DNA from: a virus
Lineage: Duplodnaviria; Caudoviricetes
DNA: 64,000 bases
Reading direction: 5' to 3' (one strand)
Virus record (IMG/VR): IMGVR_UViG_2881966637_000004
Location: 16,464-80,463 of that record
A model generated the notes under the pieces. The model made no database searches, had not been told where the DNA came from, and saw nothing but the letters and a program-made list of their open reading frames with translations. This document shows, one piece after another, positions 1-9,322 of the stretch (positions are counted from its first letter, which is position 1; every line of letters begins with the position of its first letter). The position numbers were made by a program, and so were the translations under genes.

Positions 1-22
1 GGCCACAGCAACACTGAAAGTC

Positions 23-1951
23 GTGGCTGTAAAAGTTGATCAGGGCGGTAGCGGCTACACCAGCGCACCAACCGTAAGTGTTTCTGCGGTAGACGGTAGC
101 GGTGCAACGGCCGAAGCGGTGATCAGCAACGGAACAGTTACCTCTGTCGTCGTTACCAGCGCGGGAGACGGCTACCTCTACGAGCCCAGTATCATTTTTT
201 CGGGCGGTGGGGGTAGTGGAGCTTCGGCCACCCCTATTCTGGGTATAGCTTCGGTCAGTGTCGTGTCGGGGGGCAGTAACTACACCAGTGCCCCTACCGT
301 AACAGCAAAAGACAACGGCGTCATCCTGGACGAATACGGCGGTCTGCAAACGGGCGGGGCGGTTCTGACCGCTACGGTTAGCGGGGGCAGTGTTGTATCG
401 GTCAATGTGGCATCGCCGGGGAACAGCTTTGGCCGGGGAAACACCAATATTGTGATCCGGGGAAATAAATTTTTCTCTACGTCGGTCAACTCACCTATTC
501 AGATTATCAACCTGACGGGTCGGCATCTTCGGGTTGAGGATAATTACTTTTACCGCACGGCCGCCTACAGCAATGCGACCCACTGGCAGTCAGGCGGGGT
601 GGTTGTCAGCACGTCCGGGCTGGGTCTGCTGGACGAGGTGGCTATTGATCGCAACACCTTTATCTTCAAGGGTAAAATGGGGTCAGGGCAGTATGCCGCA
701 ATCGGGCAGTATCTTAGCTTTTCTGACCGGGTGCTGACCAAAGGGCTTCGGGTTACGAACAATTTCATTGACGGCTATTTCACGCGGGGCATATACGTCA
801 ACGACCAGTCAACCGATTCTGAAATACTCAACAATGAGATTTCAGATTTAGTCGGCACACCTTACATCATCGGGGCCGGGAAGCGTATGTTTTCGCTTAG
901 AACCTTCAACGGCAGTTCAGCCCCAACAGCGGGTAACTGGCGTGCTGGCGATAAGCTGCTCAATCCGGCTCCTCAACTCGGCCAGCCGGAAGGGTTTATA
1001 TGTATAGCATCGGGTAGCCCAGGTACGTGGATTGAACTCTCGCCGGTCGGAACGGACAGGATTGGCGACGGGTCGCCCAACGGGGTTGTTTCAGCTCCGG
1101 TGGGGTCGATCTATCGCAACACATCATCTAGCGCGGCCGCTTTGCACTACAAAGCCGGGGGGCTATCCGGCAATACAGGCTGGCGGGAGCTGGCTAACGT
1201 CAGCAATACGATTATGCTGGGCGACCCGTCCATTTCTCACAACGCGGGTACGGGCCTTAAAATGGCCAGTAACACCACGTCAGGCGGAGATGGACATTTC
1301 TTGAACTCAGTTGATGCCAGTGAGTTTTTCCTCACCAACAGCAACAGCAGCCAGACCCGGTTTGAATTAAAGTTTGGGTCTGCCAGAAGCAATGACGCGA
1401 CGGTGGGGCTACGATATATCACGGGCACACTGGGGGCAGGAGCCGGGGTACTATCTATTGGTCAGGCATCAAAGAGTTTGTCAGGATGGACACATGGGTT
1501 CACGCGCCTGTACAATATGGGCGTAATTACCATGACCACCACGCCGACTAACCGTGTCCTCATCGGGACGCAAACCGACAATGGCCGGGATATTGCACAA
1601 CTCGCCGGATCAATCTCGGCGAGTGCAGTCTATGGGGCAGGCCTGACGCCAACAATTACCGCCGGGGCCGGAGCGGGCACCACACCAACGGTATCGGTCG
1701 TAGGTACAGCAACGGCGGGAGTAATTACCATTACCACGGGCAGCTCCCCGGCCGCAGGAACCCTGGCAACCGTTACGTTCCCGTCCGCTTACGCAACCAA
1801 TGCGCCTATCGTCGTCGTCTCCGGGGCGCAGGGCACAACCCTGGCCGCATACACGACGGGAGAGACAACGTCGGCTTTCTCGCTGGCAACGGCGGCCACC
1901 CCTTCGGCCGCCACGACCTATCGCTTTGCGTATATAACCATCGGACGCTGA
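23..1951 (+). CDS. Tail fibre/spike-like virion protein (5' end probably outside the window)
   Basis: Frame stays open to the left edge. Repeated GGSGYTSAPTV motifs, a beta-helix-like middle and a Thr/Ala/Gly-rich C-terminus typical of phage fibres. Confidence 0.65.
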   Translation: MAVKVDQGGSGYTSAPTVSVSAVDGSGATAEAVISNGTVTSVVVTSAGDGYLYEPSIIFSGGGGSGASATPILGIASVSVVSGGSNYTSAPTVTAKDNGVILDEYGGLQTGGAVLTATVSGGSVVSVNVASPGNSFGRGNTNIVIRGNKFFSTSVNSPIQIINLTGRHLRVEDNYFYRTAAYSNATHWQSGGVVVSTSGLGLLDEVAIDRNTFIFKGKMGSGQYAAIGQYLSFSDRVLTKGLRVTNNFIDGYFTRGIYVNDQSTDSEILNNEISDLVGTPYIIGAGKRMFSLRTFNGSSAPTAGNWRAGDKLLNPAPQLGQPEGFICIASGSPGTWIELSPVGTDRIGDGSPNGVVSAPVGSIYRNTSSSAAALHYKAGGLSGNTGWRELANVSNTIMLGDPSISHNAGTGLKMASNTTSGGDGHFLNSVDASEFFLTNSNSSQTRFELKFGSARSNDATVGLRYITGTLGAGAGVLSIGQASKSLSGWTHGFTRLYNMGVITMTTTPTNRVLIGTQTDNGRDIAQLAGSISASAVYGAGLTPTITAGAGAGTTPTVSVVGTATAGVITITTGSSPAAGTLATVTFPSAYATNAPIVVVSGAQGTTLAAYTTGETTSAFSLATAATPSAATTYRFAYITIGR

Positions 1952-1952
1952 C

Positions 1953-2216
1953 ATGGAAGCTACGCCCAAATACTTTATCCTTGACCGGCGACTGATCGGC
2001 GTTGTCGAAGTTGCCAAGCGAATGGTCGAAGCTGCGGCCGGCGCATCTGCCGTGTCTGACTACCCCTGGGTAGCACTGGTGCTGATCGTTTTCCGGGTAG
2101 GCCTGTCCGGTATTGGCTACTTTTCCCTGCCCAAAAACCCGATCAACGTCAATACCGAACAGACTGTATCTATAGCCACCGAACCCAAAGCCGATGCGCC
2201 ATCGCCAGACCTTTGA
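1953..2216 (+). CDS. Small membrane protein (holin-like)
   Basis: 87 aa with a hydrophobic segment (WVALVLIVFRVGLSGIGYF); tightly coupled to both neighbours. Confidence 0.5.
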   Translation: MEATPKYFILDRRLIGVVEVAKRMVEAAAGASAVSDYPWVALVLIVFRVGLSGIGYFSLPKNPINVNTEQTVSIATEPKADAPSPDL

Positions 2217-5200
2217 AAAGGGCATGTCGTCCGACCTTGCCCCCCTGCTTACTCCCCCCGGCACCTACCAGTACGCCCATAGTCTGTACCTGGGCCTGAC
2301 GGGTGACGGGCGCGGCATGGCCCTGACCGTAGAAAAGCCCGAGCGACCCGTCACCGTGACGGGTCTGCCCGCGTCGTACCGGCTCGTCGGCCTGCAGGGG
2401 CTGGTTGCCTCCGGCGACTACCTCGCCTTTCTGACCAATCCCAACCGCCCGTCCGGCGTAGCCCGCGATCTGATCGCCCGGCTGACGCTGAACATCGACG
2501 GCCTGACGGCCTCGGCGCAGGTGCTCTTCGATGACCGGCGCGATCCGGCCGGGGCGCAGCTCAACCTGCCCGCCGGGGTGAAGCTGCAGACGCGGCTGGA
2601 AACCGAAACCGAAAGCCTGATGCGGGTCTACTGGAACGACGGGGTCAACGAGCCGCGCTGCTTGACGCTGGCCGACGGCTACGACGCCTTCGGCAGTCCG
2701 CACCACCTGTCCACCCAGGACTACCCCCGGCGGTGGAGCGTCCACCAGTTTGCCCTGCAGCCGGCGGTGCTGTGGGGTACGCCGATGTTTGAAAAGACCA
2801 CCGAAGAAGGGTCGCTGCTGTCGGGCTTCTACCGCTACAGCTACCGCTACCGTTCGGGATCGGTAGAGTCGGCCCCCTTCCCGCTCTCTACGCCCCTGAC
2901 GCTCCGCCAGGATATGGGCGAGCCCGACCTGACCAAGCCCGTACAGATGGAAGCCTCGGGGGTGTCCACCAAATCCGCCATCCACATCATTGTCGATCAG
3001 CCGGACGACCGCTGGGAAGAAGCCGAGCTGCTGATGAGCTATTCAGCCGACGGCAGCAGCTGGTCCGACCTGGTCATCGCCGACCGCAGGGCCGTACCCG
3101 AGCGGCCCTCCGTTGGGCCCGCCGAGTTGCTGCGGCTGACGCACGATAAGCCCGCCGGCCTCGGTACGACCGTATCGCTGGCGCGGCTCAGTCAGATCGA
3201 TCAGGTGGTCAGTCAGGCCGGGGTGATGACGCTGCACAAGCAGAAGCTGATCCTGGGTGATCTGACCCTGTCGATGCCGCTGGACCCGCCGACCCAGACC
3301 GTGACGCTCTCGCCCAAGCTGGTGGATATGCCCCTGGACGAAAGCGGCTTTCCCACCTCCCCCAACCGGACACTGGGACTGGCCTATACCTTTAAGCAGG
3401 CGGTGAACGACCCGCCCCTGACCGAGTCGGCCTACAAACGCCAGGACGGCACCATAGCCACGCGCACCAAACCCATCGTCGCCGACTACCGCGACTACAA
3501 AGGGGTGCAGGTAGCCCATAGCCGGGTTGGTCTGCGCGGGGGCGAGAGCTACCCCTACGCCCTGGTCCTTTTCGACATGATCGGTCAGCCGACATTCGCC
3601 TGGCCCATTGGCACGTTTGCCGCACCCAACCGCTACGACGACCCCGCCGGCAACGGCACCTTTCCCTACGCGCCCACCGCTGCCCGTAATCTGGGCACGG
3701 CCCTCGGCATGGGCTTTGTCGCCCGGCCGATGGGGTTGTCCGTGTCGGGCATCAACATCCCCGTCGAGATGGTCTTCGACGCGGCCGGCCGCCAGCAGGT
3801 ATCGGGCTTCGCCATCGTGCGGGGCAACCCGTCGGGTCGCATCAAAGCCCAGGGTATCGCCCTGCCCGCCCTCTGGGAGCAGGGTGGCCGCGACAAGTTC
3901 ATCGTCTCCATCCCCAGCTATACCAACCACCTCACCGACCAGCCGACGAGTGACGGCTTTGGGCTGTTCAACGACATTCCGGCGAAGGCTGGGGCGGTCT
4001 ATCGCCACCTGGCGGGCTGGATGACCTTTCTCTCCCCCGATCTGATGGTTGAGGGAAGTCTGGATACCAACCCGCCCACCGGCACCCGGCTCCGGCTGCT
4101 GGGCAGTATGCACGGGCCGGACGACAGCAACCACGTCCGCCAGCTCGACGGCGATAACCGCCAGCACTACGTCAAGGCGTACCGCTACATCGGCAAGTCG
4201 GCCCTGAGTCTGCGCCCGGCGGCCCGGTCCAGGCCCAACCCCGGCGAGACGACCAACATCCGCCAGGCGTACAAGACCGTGCTCAACCAGACGCTTGAAA
4301 AGTTCTACGCCGACGACCAGAGCCTGGTCTTTTCGCCGGGCGTAACCTCGTCGGCGGGGCTGGCCCAGCAGACGCCGGGCTACCTGCTCAAAGTAGACGG
4401 CTTTTCGCTGGTGGACCGGGGCGAATCCCCCACCAAGCCCGCCGGCTACGCCATCGTCAACCTCGAAGTCAACACGCCCCCGGCGGCCAGCCAGAACCAG
4501 ACGTTCCAGTGGACGAACCACTTCCAGCCCCTGACCGAAATAGTGCTGGGCGAGGTGCCGCAGGTGTTTATCAGCGGCAAAGCCTGTTACCGCTTCGATG
4601 AGGTAGAGGTCTGGGGTGGCGACACCTACCTGCCCCTGATCGACATGGCCCGGATGCTGCCCTACTACGCCCCGGTTGGCGGGTATATAGCCACCGAAGG
4701 CCACGGGCACGGCATCTTTACGGTCATTGAGAGTAAGTTCAACCACGCCCTGCGCTACGGCAGAACATATAAGCACGTCGGCACCATGCCGACTATCGAA
4801 GCTACGGGGGGCGGGGGTGGCGGCTACCGGCAGGCCATCAACGTGTTTCAGCCCGAAGACTGGAACGTCAACCAGGGGCTGCAGAGTAAAGAAACCGTCC
4901 GGCTGTTTCAGCCGCTGCCGGCCGACATCCGGCTCGAACGGCGGTGGCCACAGGGACTGGCGTGGTCGCAGGTCAAAAGCGACGGCCAGCGGCTGGACGC
5001 CTACCGACGCATACCGGCTCCAAACCTGTTTCTGCTCGAAGGCGAGAACGGCCCCGTCACCGGCTTTGCCGTGTTGTTCGGCGAACTCTACGCGGGTCAG
5101 TTCCGGGCCGTCAGCAAGGTGCGGGTCAACGAGCGGCAGCTCATCACCGACGCCACGGGCAAACCCCTGCAGATCGGCGAGGCTTCGGGGGCTGAAATCT

Positions 5201-5907
5201 CCGGAGCCGATACGCTGACGAGCCGCATTGGCTGGCAGGCGGTGAGCCACTACGTTGTCACCAGCCGGGCGTTCTACTGGCTCGACCGGCGCAATGGCAA
5301 GTTCTACCGCTTCTCCCAGGCGGGCATCGACTGTCTCTCGGATCGGGACGGTCTGCATGACGCCCTGCAGAACACGGACCTGTCGGCCTTCTCGGTGGTC
5401 TATGACGAAGAGAACGAACTGGTGCATCTGCTCTGCGCGAGTGAGCGCATCAGCTACAGCGAGAAGGCCAACGCCTTTGTCGCCTGGCACGACTGGGTAA
5501 ACGGGCTGGCATGGGCCATCAGCGGCCACGTCCTGGTCACCAGCCCCGACGGCAGCAGCCTCTTTCGGATGGGGAAAGACCCGGACAGCCGGCCCGTGCT
5601 GCGCTACCGGCACGTACCCCAGCCCGGCCAGCCGCTGTACTTCGACAACATCCTCATTGGCCTGCGTCCTGACTGGATCGAAGCCATTGATGTGGAGTCC
5701 AGCATGGGTCAGCAGGTCACCCTGACGCCGGACACGGACGGGCGGTTTCGCTTTCGGGATGGCCGACTGCTCGGCCCCCTGCGCGGGCGTAGTCAGAGTT
5801 ACCGCATGTACGGCGAGTGGATCAGCATCAGCATCACCATGACGCCCACCGCCGACCCGACCCTGCTGCTTTCGGAGATTGAGGGCCGACTACTCTATCG
5901 CAGTTGA
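2194..5907 (+). CDS. crAss-like tail stabilization/muzzle protein (P22 gp10-like)
   Basis: 1237 aa. N-terminal FEKGMSSD motif, YWNDGVNEPR, FYWLDRRNGK and YSEKANAFVAW segments recalled from crAss-like muzzle proteins; lies just before the cargo genes. Confidence 0.65.
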   Translation: MRHRQTFEKGMSSDLAPLLTPPGTYQYAHSLYLGLTGDGRGMALTVEKPERPVTVTGLPASYRLVGLQGLVASGDYLAFLTNPNRPSGVARDLIARLTLNIDGLTASAQVLFDDRRDPAGAQLNLPAGVKLQTRLETETESLMRVYWNDGVNEPRCLTLADGYDAFGSPHHLSTQDYPRRWSVHQFALQPAVLWGTPMFEKTTEEGSLLSGFYRYSYRYRSGSVESAPFPLSTPLTLRQDMGEPDLTKPVQMEASGVSTKSAIHIIVDQPDDRWEEAELLMSYSADGSSWSDLVIADRRAVPERPSVGPAELLRLTHDKPAGLGTTVSLARLSQIDQVVSQAGVMTLHKQKLILGDLTLSMPLDPPTQTVTLSPKLVDMPLDESGFPTSPNRTLGLAYTFKQAVNDPPLTESAYKRQDGTIATRTKPIVADYRDYKGVQVAHSRVGLRGGESYPYALVLFDMIGQPTFAWPIGTFAAPNRYDDPAGNGTFPYAPTAARNLGTALGMGFVARPMGLSVSGINIPVEMVFDAAGRQQVSGFAIVRGNPSGRIKAQGIALPALWEQGGRDKFIVSIPSYTNHLTDQPTSDGFGLFNDIPAKAGAVYRHLAGWMTFLSPDLMVEGSLDTNPPTGTRLRLLGSMHGPDDSNHVRQLDGDNRQHYVKAYRYIGKSALSLRPAARSRPNPGETTNIRQAYKTVLNQTLEKFYADDQSLVFSPGVTSSAGLAQQTPGYLLKVDGFSLVDRGESPTKPAGYAIVNLEVNTPPAASQNQTFQWTNHFQPLTEIVLGEVPQVFISGKACYRFDEVEVWGGDTYLPLIDMARMLPYYAPVGGYIATEGHGHGIFTVIESKFNHALRYGRTYKHVGTMPTIEATGGGGGGYRQAINVFQPEDWNVNQGLQSKETVRLFQPLPADIRLERRWPQGLAWSQVKSDGQRLDAYRRIPAPNLFLLEGENGPVTGFAVLFGELYAGQFRAVSKVRVNERQLITDATGKPLQIGEASGAEISGADTLTSRIGWQAVSHYVVTSRAFYWLDRRNGKFYRFSQAGIDCLSDRDGLHDALQNTDLSAFSVVYDEENELVHLLCASERISYSEKANAFVAWHDWVNGLAWAISGHVLVTSPDGSSLFRMGKDPDSRPVLRYRHVPQPGQPLYFDNILIGLRPDWIEAIDVESSMGQQVTLTPDTDGRFRFRDGRLLGPLRGRSQSYRMYGEWISISITMTPTADPTLLLSEIEGRLLYRS

Positions 5908-5909
5908 AA

Positions 5910-5925
5910 GTCAACTAAAATCAAC
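5910..5925 (+). promoter_or_regulatory. RTCAAC-N4-RTCAAC box (GTCAAC TAAA ATCAAC)
   Basis: Intergenic; followed by TAACTTTCG (5927-5935), a -7-like box, upstream of the cargo gene. Confidence 0.65.
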
Positions 5926-5956
5926 CTAACTTTCGGCTGATAACTCCACACATACA

Positions 5957-8900
5957 ATGGCAACATTCTCCACCTCTACGCCCCTGACAACCTACTGGAC
6001 CCCGCCGACGGTGGCGAAGGGGTGGGATAAGGCCATGCTGGGCCTGACGGGCTACAAGGAAGACGGCACCCAGAACACCTTCGGTAAGATCGGCAGCTGG
6101 ATACCCGGCTTCAACCTGGCCCAGAACGCAGCGGCCCAGAACACGGCCCGTAACGCCGGCCTGACCGACGTGGCCAACACTATCGCCGACGACTTCGACA
6201 ACCGGCTGGGGAAACTCAAGACGGTGGGCGGGGTCGCCCTGGGGGTAGCGGGTGGTGTGACAGGCAACCCCGCCCTGATCCAACGGGGGCTCTCCATGTC
6301 GGCGTCGGGCGTGACGGGTCTGGCAGCCGATCCCGGCCAGACGCCGATGGCGGGGCAGTCGTACCTGCAGGCGTTTGCCGGTGGTGGCGTCTACGGTCCC
6401 GGCAAAGGGGCGACGATGGCTGCCGACCGCACCGCAGTAGCCAGGCCGATGCTGGCTGGCCAGACGACAGGTGGACTGGGCAAGGCGGTCAACAGCGTGA
6501 CCAAACCCGCCGACGAGTTTACCCAGATGTCGCAGGAGATGGTAGCCCGCGACGGCACCGACTACGTGCGCAACTGGGTGCGGCAGTCGGCGGCAATGGG
6601 CCGGGCCGGGCTTCGCCCCGGTGACGCGGTCTACGCCGGGCTGCTTAACACCCCGACGGTGATGAACACCAACGCTGCCTACAACTCAGTCAGTGCCGGC
6701 AACGACTCAGGTGGGCAGTACGACCCCATGACCAAAGAAGCCATCCTTCGACCCAACGCCGATCCGCTGGTTATCCAGTCAGCGGCCACCCATGAGGTTA
6801 CTCACCAGTGGCAGGACATGATGGGAGATCGCAGCCTGTCCGGGCCGGGTCAGCGGTCGGTTACCAATCCTGCCTGGGCGGCTTCGGAGAGTTTGATCCG
6901 CCAGTCGGTTGCCGGCTCCTCGAAGGCCAGCAAAGACCCCTACCTTACCCAGCCGATTGAGGTTCACTCGCGGATCATGGAGATGCGGCAGGCGGCCGAC
7001 CTCAAGCCGGGGCAGGTGGTCACCCCGGAGTTGTACCAGAAAGTAAAGCGGTCGGCCGAGCAGTATGCCCCGAACGCCGTGGGTGGACTGAATCGGGTAC
7101 TGGACGAAAAGCAGATCATTGATCTGATGAATAAGACGGTCAGCAATGACCAGCCCCAGACCGATCCCACACTCTTTGCTGCTGCCGAGGGTGGTGTTTA
7201 TCAGCCGCCGGGAGGCACCCGCCTTCCCACGAGGGATGAGTTGATTCGTATGGGTGTATCTCCACAACAGGCAGATCAGTACCTGGCGGCACGAATAAAC
7301 CAGTCGGCATCGCCACCCGCCCACCGATCCGCCACCAGGCCATCGTCCACCCCGCCCCCTGCGACTACATCCGCGCCACCCCGCCGAACTAACCCGATGC
7401 CGCTAATGGACCTGCCTGACAATGTCGCACGCACGGACACGGACCAAACAGCAACGTCCCGGCCTGTTAGTTTATTCAAGAGACCCAACGAAGGTTATCA
7501 GACCCCCCAGACGTTCTCAAAAGGGGAGCCGGAGCGTCTGTACCAGAAGAATGCCCAAAAAGGGACTGATTATGTACGAAACTGGATACGTCAGTCAGCA
7601 GCTATGGGTCGGGCCGGGCTTCGACCGGAAGACGCGGTTGCTGCCAGCCGGATTGCCAATCCAGTTATCGTCAAGTCGAAGGAAGAGTTTGACCGGATAT
7701 ATGAGGGGAACACAGCAGACGTTGGTGCATTCTACCAATCAAAGGTAGATAGCAGCTTTATTCCCAGCACACAAGGATTTGCTGCCGACACACATGCCGC
7801 GCACGAAGCGACCCATCAATGGCAGCGGGCTATGGGCGACCAAACCATAACCAGACTTGGCGCGGGTCAGGCAATAACACCTGGCTGGGCGGCCTCCGAA
7901 GCATTAATTCGGCAGGCGGTCCATAGCTCGTCAAAGGCGTCCAAAGACGATTACCTCACCAAGCCTGTTGAGGTTCACGCCCGGATCATGCAACTACGCC
8001 GGGCCGGAAACCTCAAGCCGGGACAGGTCGTGACCCCGTCGCTTTATCGACAGCTAGTAAATAAGGTGGTCCCTAGACTGAACGAAGAACTCAATCAGGT
8101 GCTGGATGAAAAGCAGATTATTGACCTGATGAACAAAACCGTAAGCAACGATATGCCCCAGGATCAGACGACCTTCGCTGCCTACAAGGGTGGCGCACTA
8201 CCCGGTATCGGCGGACCCGTTGCCGGTCAAGTTCGACAGTATAGCCCCGGCAGCCGGCAGGAAGACCAGCTCATCGTGGACCAGACGACGGGGCAGGTGA
8301 ACGGACTCATGCGGGCCGGCGAGCTGATCTTCGATCAGAAAGCCAAACAGACCATCGACCGGCTCATCGACGGCGGCACCGCTGCCGAGCTGGGCAACTT
8401 CATCAAAAAGGAACGGGCGACCCATCCCGACCAGACGCAGGCGTTTTGGGAGGGCGGGGTCAGCGAAGACCCGGCCTACTGGACGCGGATGCTCAACCCG
8501 ATATCACCCATCAACATGGCCAAGCCCATCGTTCCCCAGCGGCCGTCTACCCCCTTCACCCCGACCATTAAACCCATTGATCAGGCGCAGAAAGCCATCG
8601 GCTCCCTGTCTACCCAGGCGACGGGATCGGCGGGCGCATCGGCCCCATCCGCGAAGATGGGCGTCGGCGACTGGGCCAGCATCGGCATGGATGCGCTGGG
8701 GGCTATCGGCTCGGCCATTGGGGCTAACCGAAAGCTGCCGACCCAGACGGTCACCCCGGCCTGGCAGAGCTACCTCAACGAAGTGTCGGCCCGCGCCGAT
8801 CAGGGACTGTTGCCGTCGGAGCGGGCAGCGGCCGAGCGGGCCATCGGCTCGGGCTACGACCGGCAGGTGCAGAGCATCGCCGATGTCGTGGGGGGCGGTG

Positions 8901-9301
8901 GCAGCGGAGCGGCCGTGCTGTCGGCTCTGGGTACGGCGGGGCGCAACACGCTGGACGCCGGACTCAACCTCGAACTGGCAGCGGCCGATCGTCGCCGGCA
9001 GAACCTCGGCGTCTACGGACAGGCGGTGGGTCAGCAGATGGCGCAGGACAACCAGAACTATTCGCTGGCCTACAACAACGCCGTTAACAGCCGGGACGCC
9101 TTTACCAAAAGCATGGTCGCCAACCTGCAGCAGATCGGCAACCGATTCAGCTACAACCAGACCTACGGCCCCGGCTCGGCGTTCCAGACCCTGCAGGCCG
9201 AGATGGCGAAGATGGGTCAGGGCTACCAGCAGTCGGCTAACGCGCCCTTCGCCGGCTTCTCCGCGCCGATTGGTATCAACACCAGCTTCGGCAAAAAGTA
9301 A
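5957..9301 (+). CDS. Internal virion/ejection (cargo) protein with two duplicated HExxH zincin-like modules
   Basis: 1114 aa. HEVTH (6791-6805) and HEATH (7802-7816) lie in two ~200-aa homologous units; FAGGG/AEGG/YKGG/WEGG spacer motifs; Gly/Ala-rich helical termini. Confidence 0.65.
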   Translation: MATFSTSTPLTTYWTPPTVAKGWDKAMLGLTGYKEDGTQNTFGKIGSWIPGFNLAQNAAAQNTARNAGLTDVANTIADDFDNRLGKLKTVGGVALGVAGGVTGNPALIQRGLSMSASGVTGLAADPGQTPMAGQSYLQAFAGGGVYGPGKGATMAADRTAVARPMLAGQTTGGLGKAVNSVTKPADEFTQMSQEMVARDGTDYVRNWVRQSAAMGRAGLRPGDAVYAGLLNTPTVMNTNAAYNSVSAGNDSGGQYDPMTKEAILRPNADPLVIQSAATHEVTHQWQDMMGDRSLSGPGQRSVTNPAWAASESLIRQSVAGSSKASKDPYLTQPIEVHSRIMEMRQAADLKPGQVVTPELYQKVKRSAEQYAPNAVGGLNRVLDEKQIIDLMNKTVSNDQPQTDPTLFAAAEGGVYQPPGGTRLPTRDELIRMGVSPQQADQYLAARINQSASPPAHRSATRPSSTPPPATTSAPPRRTNPMPLMDLPDNVARTDTDQTATSRPVSLFKRPNEGYQTPQTFSKGEPERLYQKNAQKGTDYVRNWIRQSAAMGRAGLRPEDAVAASRIANPVIVKSKEEFDRIYEGNTADVGAFYQSKVDSSFIPSTQGFAADTHAAHEATHQWQRAMGDQTITRLGAGQAITPGWAASEALIRQAVHSSSKASKDDYLTKPVEVHARIMQLRRAGNLKPGQVVTPSLYRQLVNKVVPRLNEELNQVLDEKQIIDLMNKTVSNDMPQDQTTFAAYKGGALPGIGGPVAGQVRQYSPGSRQEDQLIVDQTTGQVNGLMRAGELIFDQKAKQTIDRLIDGGTAAELGNFIKKERATHPDQTQAFWEGGVSEDPAYWTRMLNPISPINMAKPIVPQRPSTPFTPTIKPIDQAQKAIGSLSTQATGSAGASAPSAKMGVGDWASIGMDALGAIGSAIGANRKLPTQTVTPAWQSYLNEVSARADQGLLPSERAAAERAIGSGYDRQVQSIADVVGGGGSGAAVLSALGTAGRNTLDAGLNLELAAADRRRQNLGVYGQAVGQQMAQDNQNYSLAYNNAVNSRDAFTKSMVANLQQIGNRFSYNQTYGPGSAFQTLQAEMAKMGQGYQQSANAPFAGFSAPIGINTSFGKK

Positions 9302-9322
9302 TCCACCTACTGATTCACACCG

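Noticed and set aside
3043-5613. 856-aa minus-strand ORF (likewise 25430-27661, 34208-36274, 2170-2985, 15988-17205)
   Set aside because: Antisense shadows of GC3-biased plus-strand genes; no recognisable motifs.
6548-8165. Duplicated module as a DGR template/variable repeat pair
   Set aside because: Both copies are in frame within one gene, differences are not adenine-specific, and no reverse transcriptase is present in the window.
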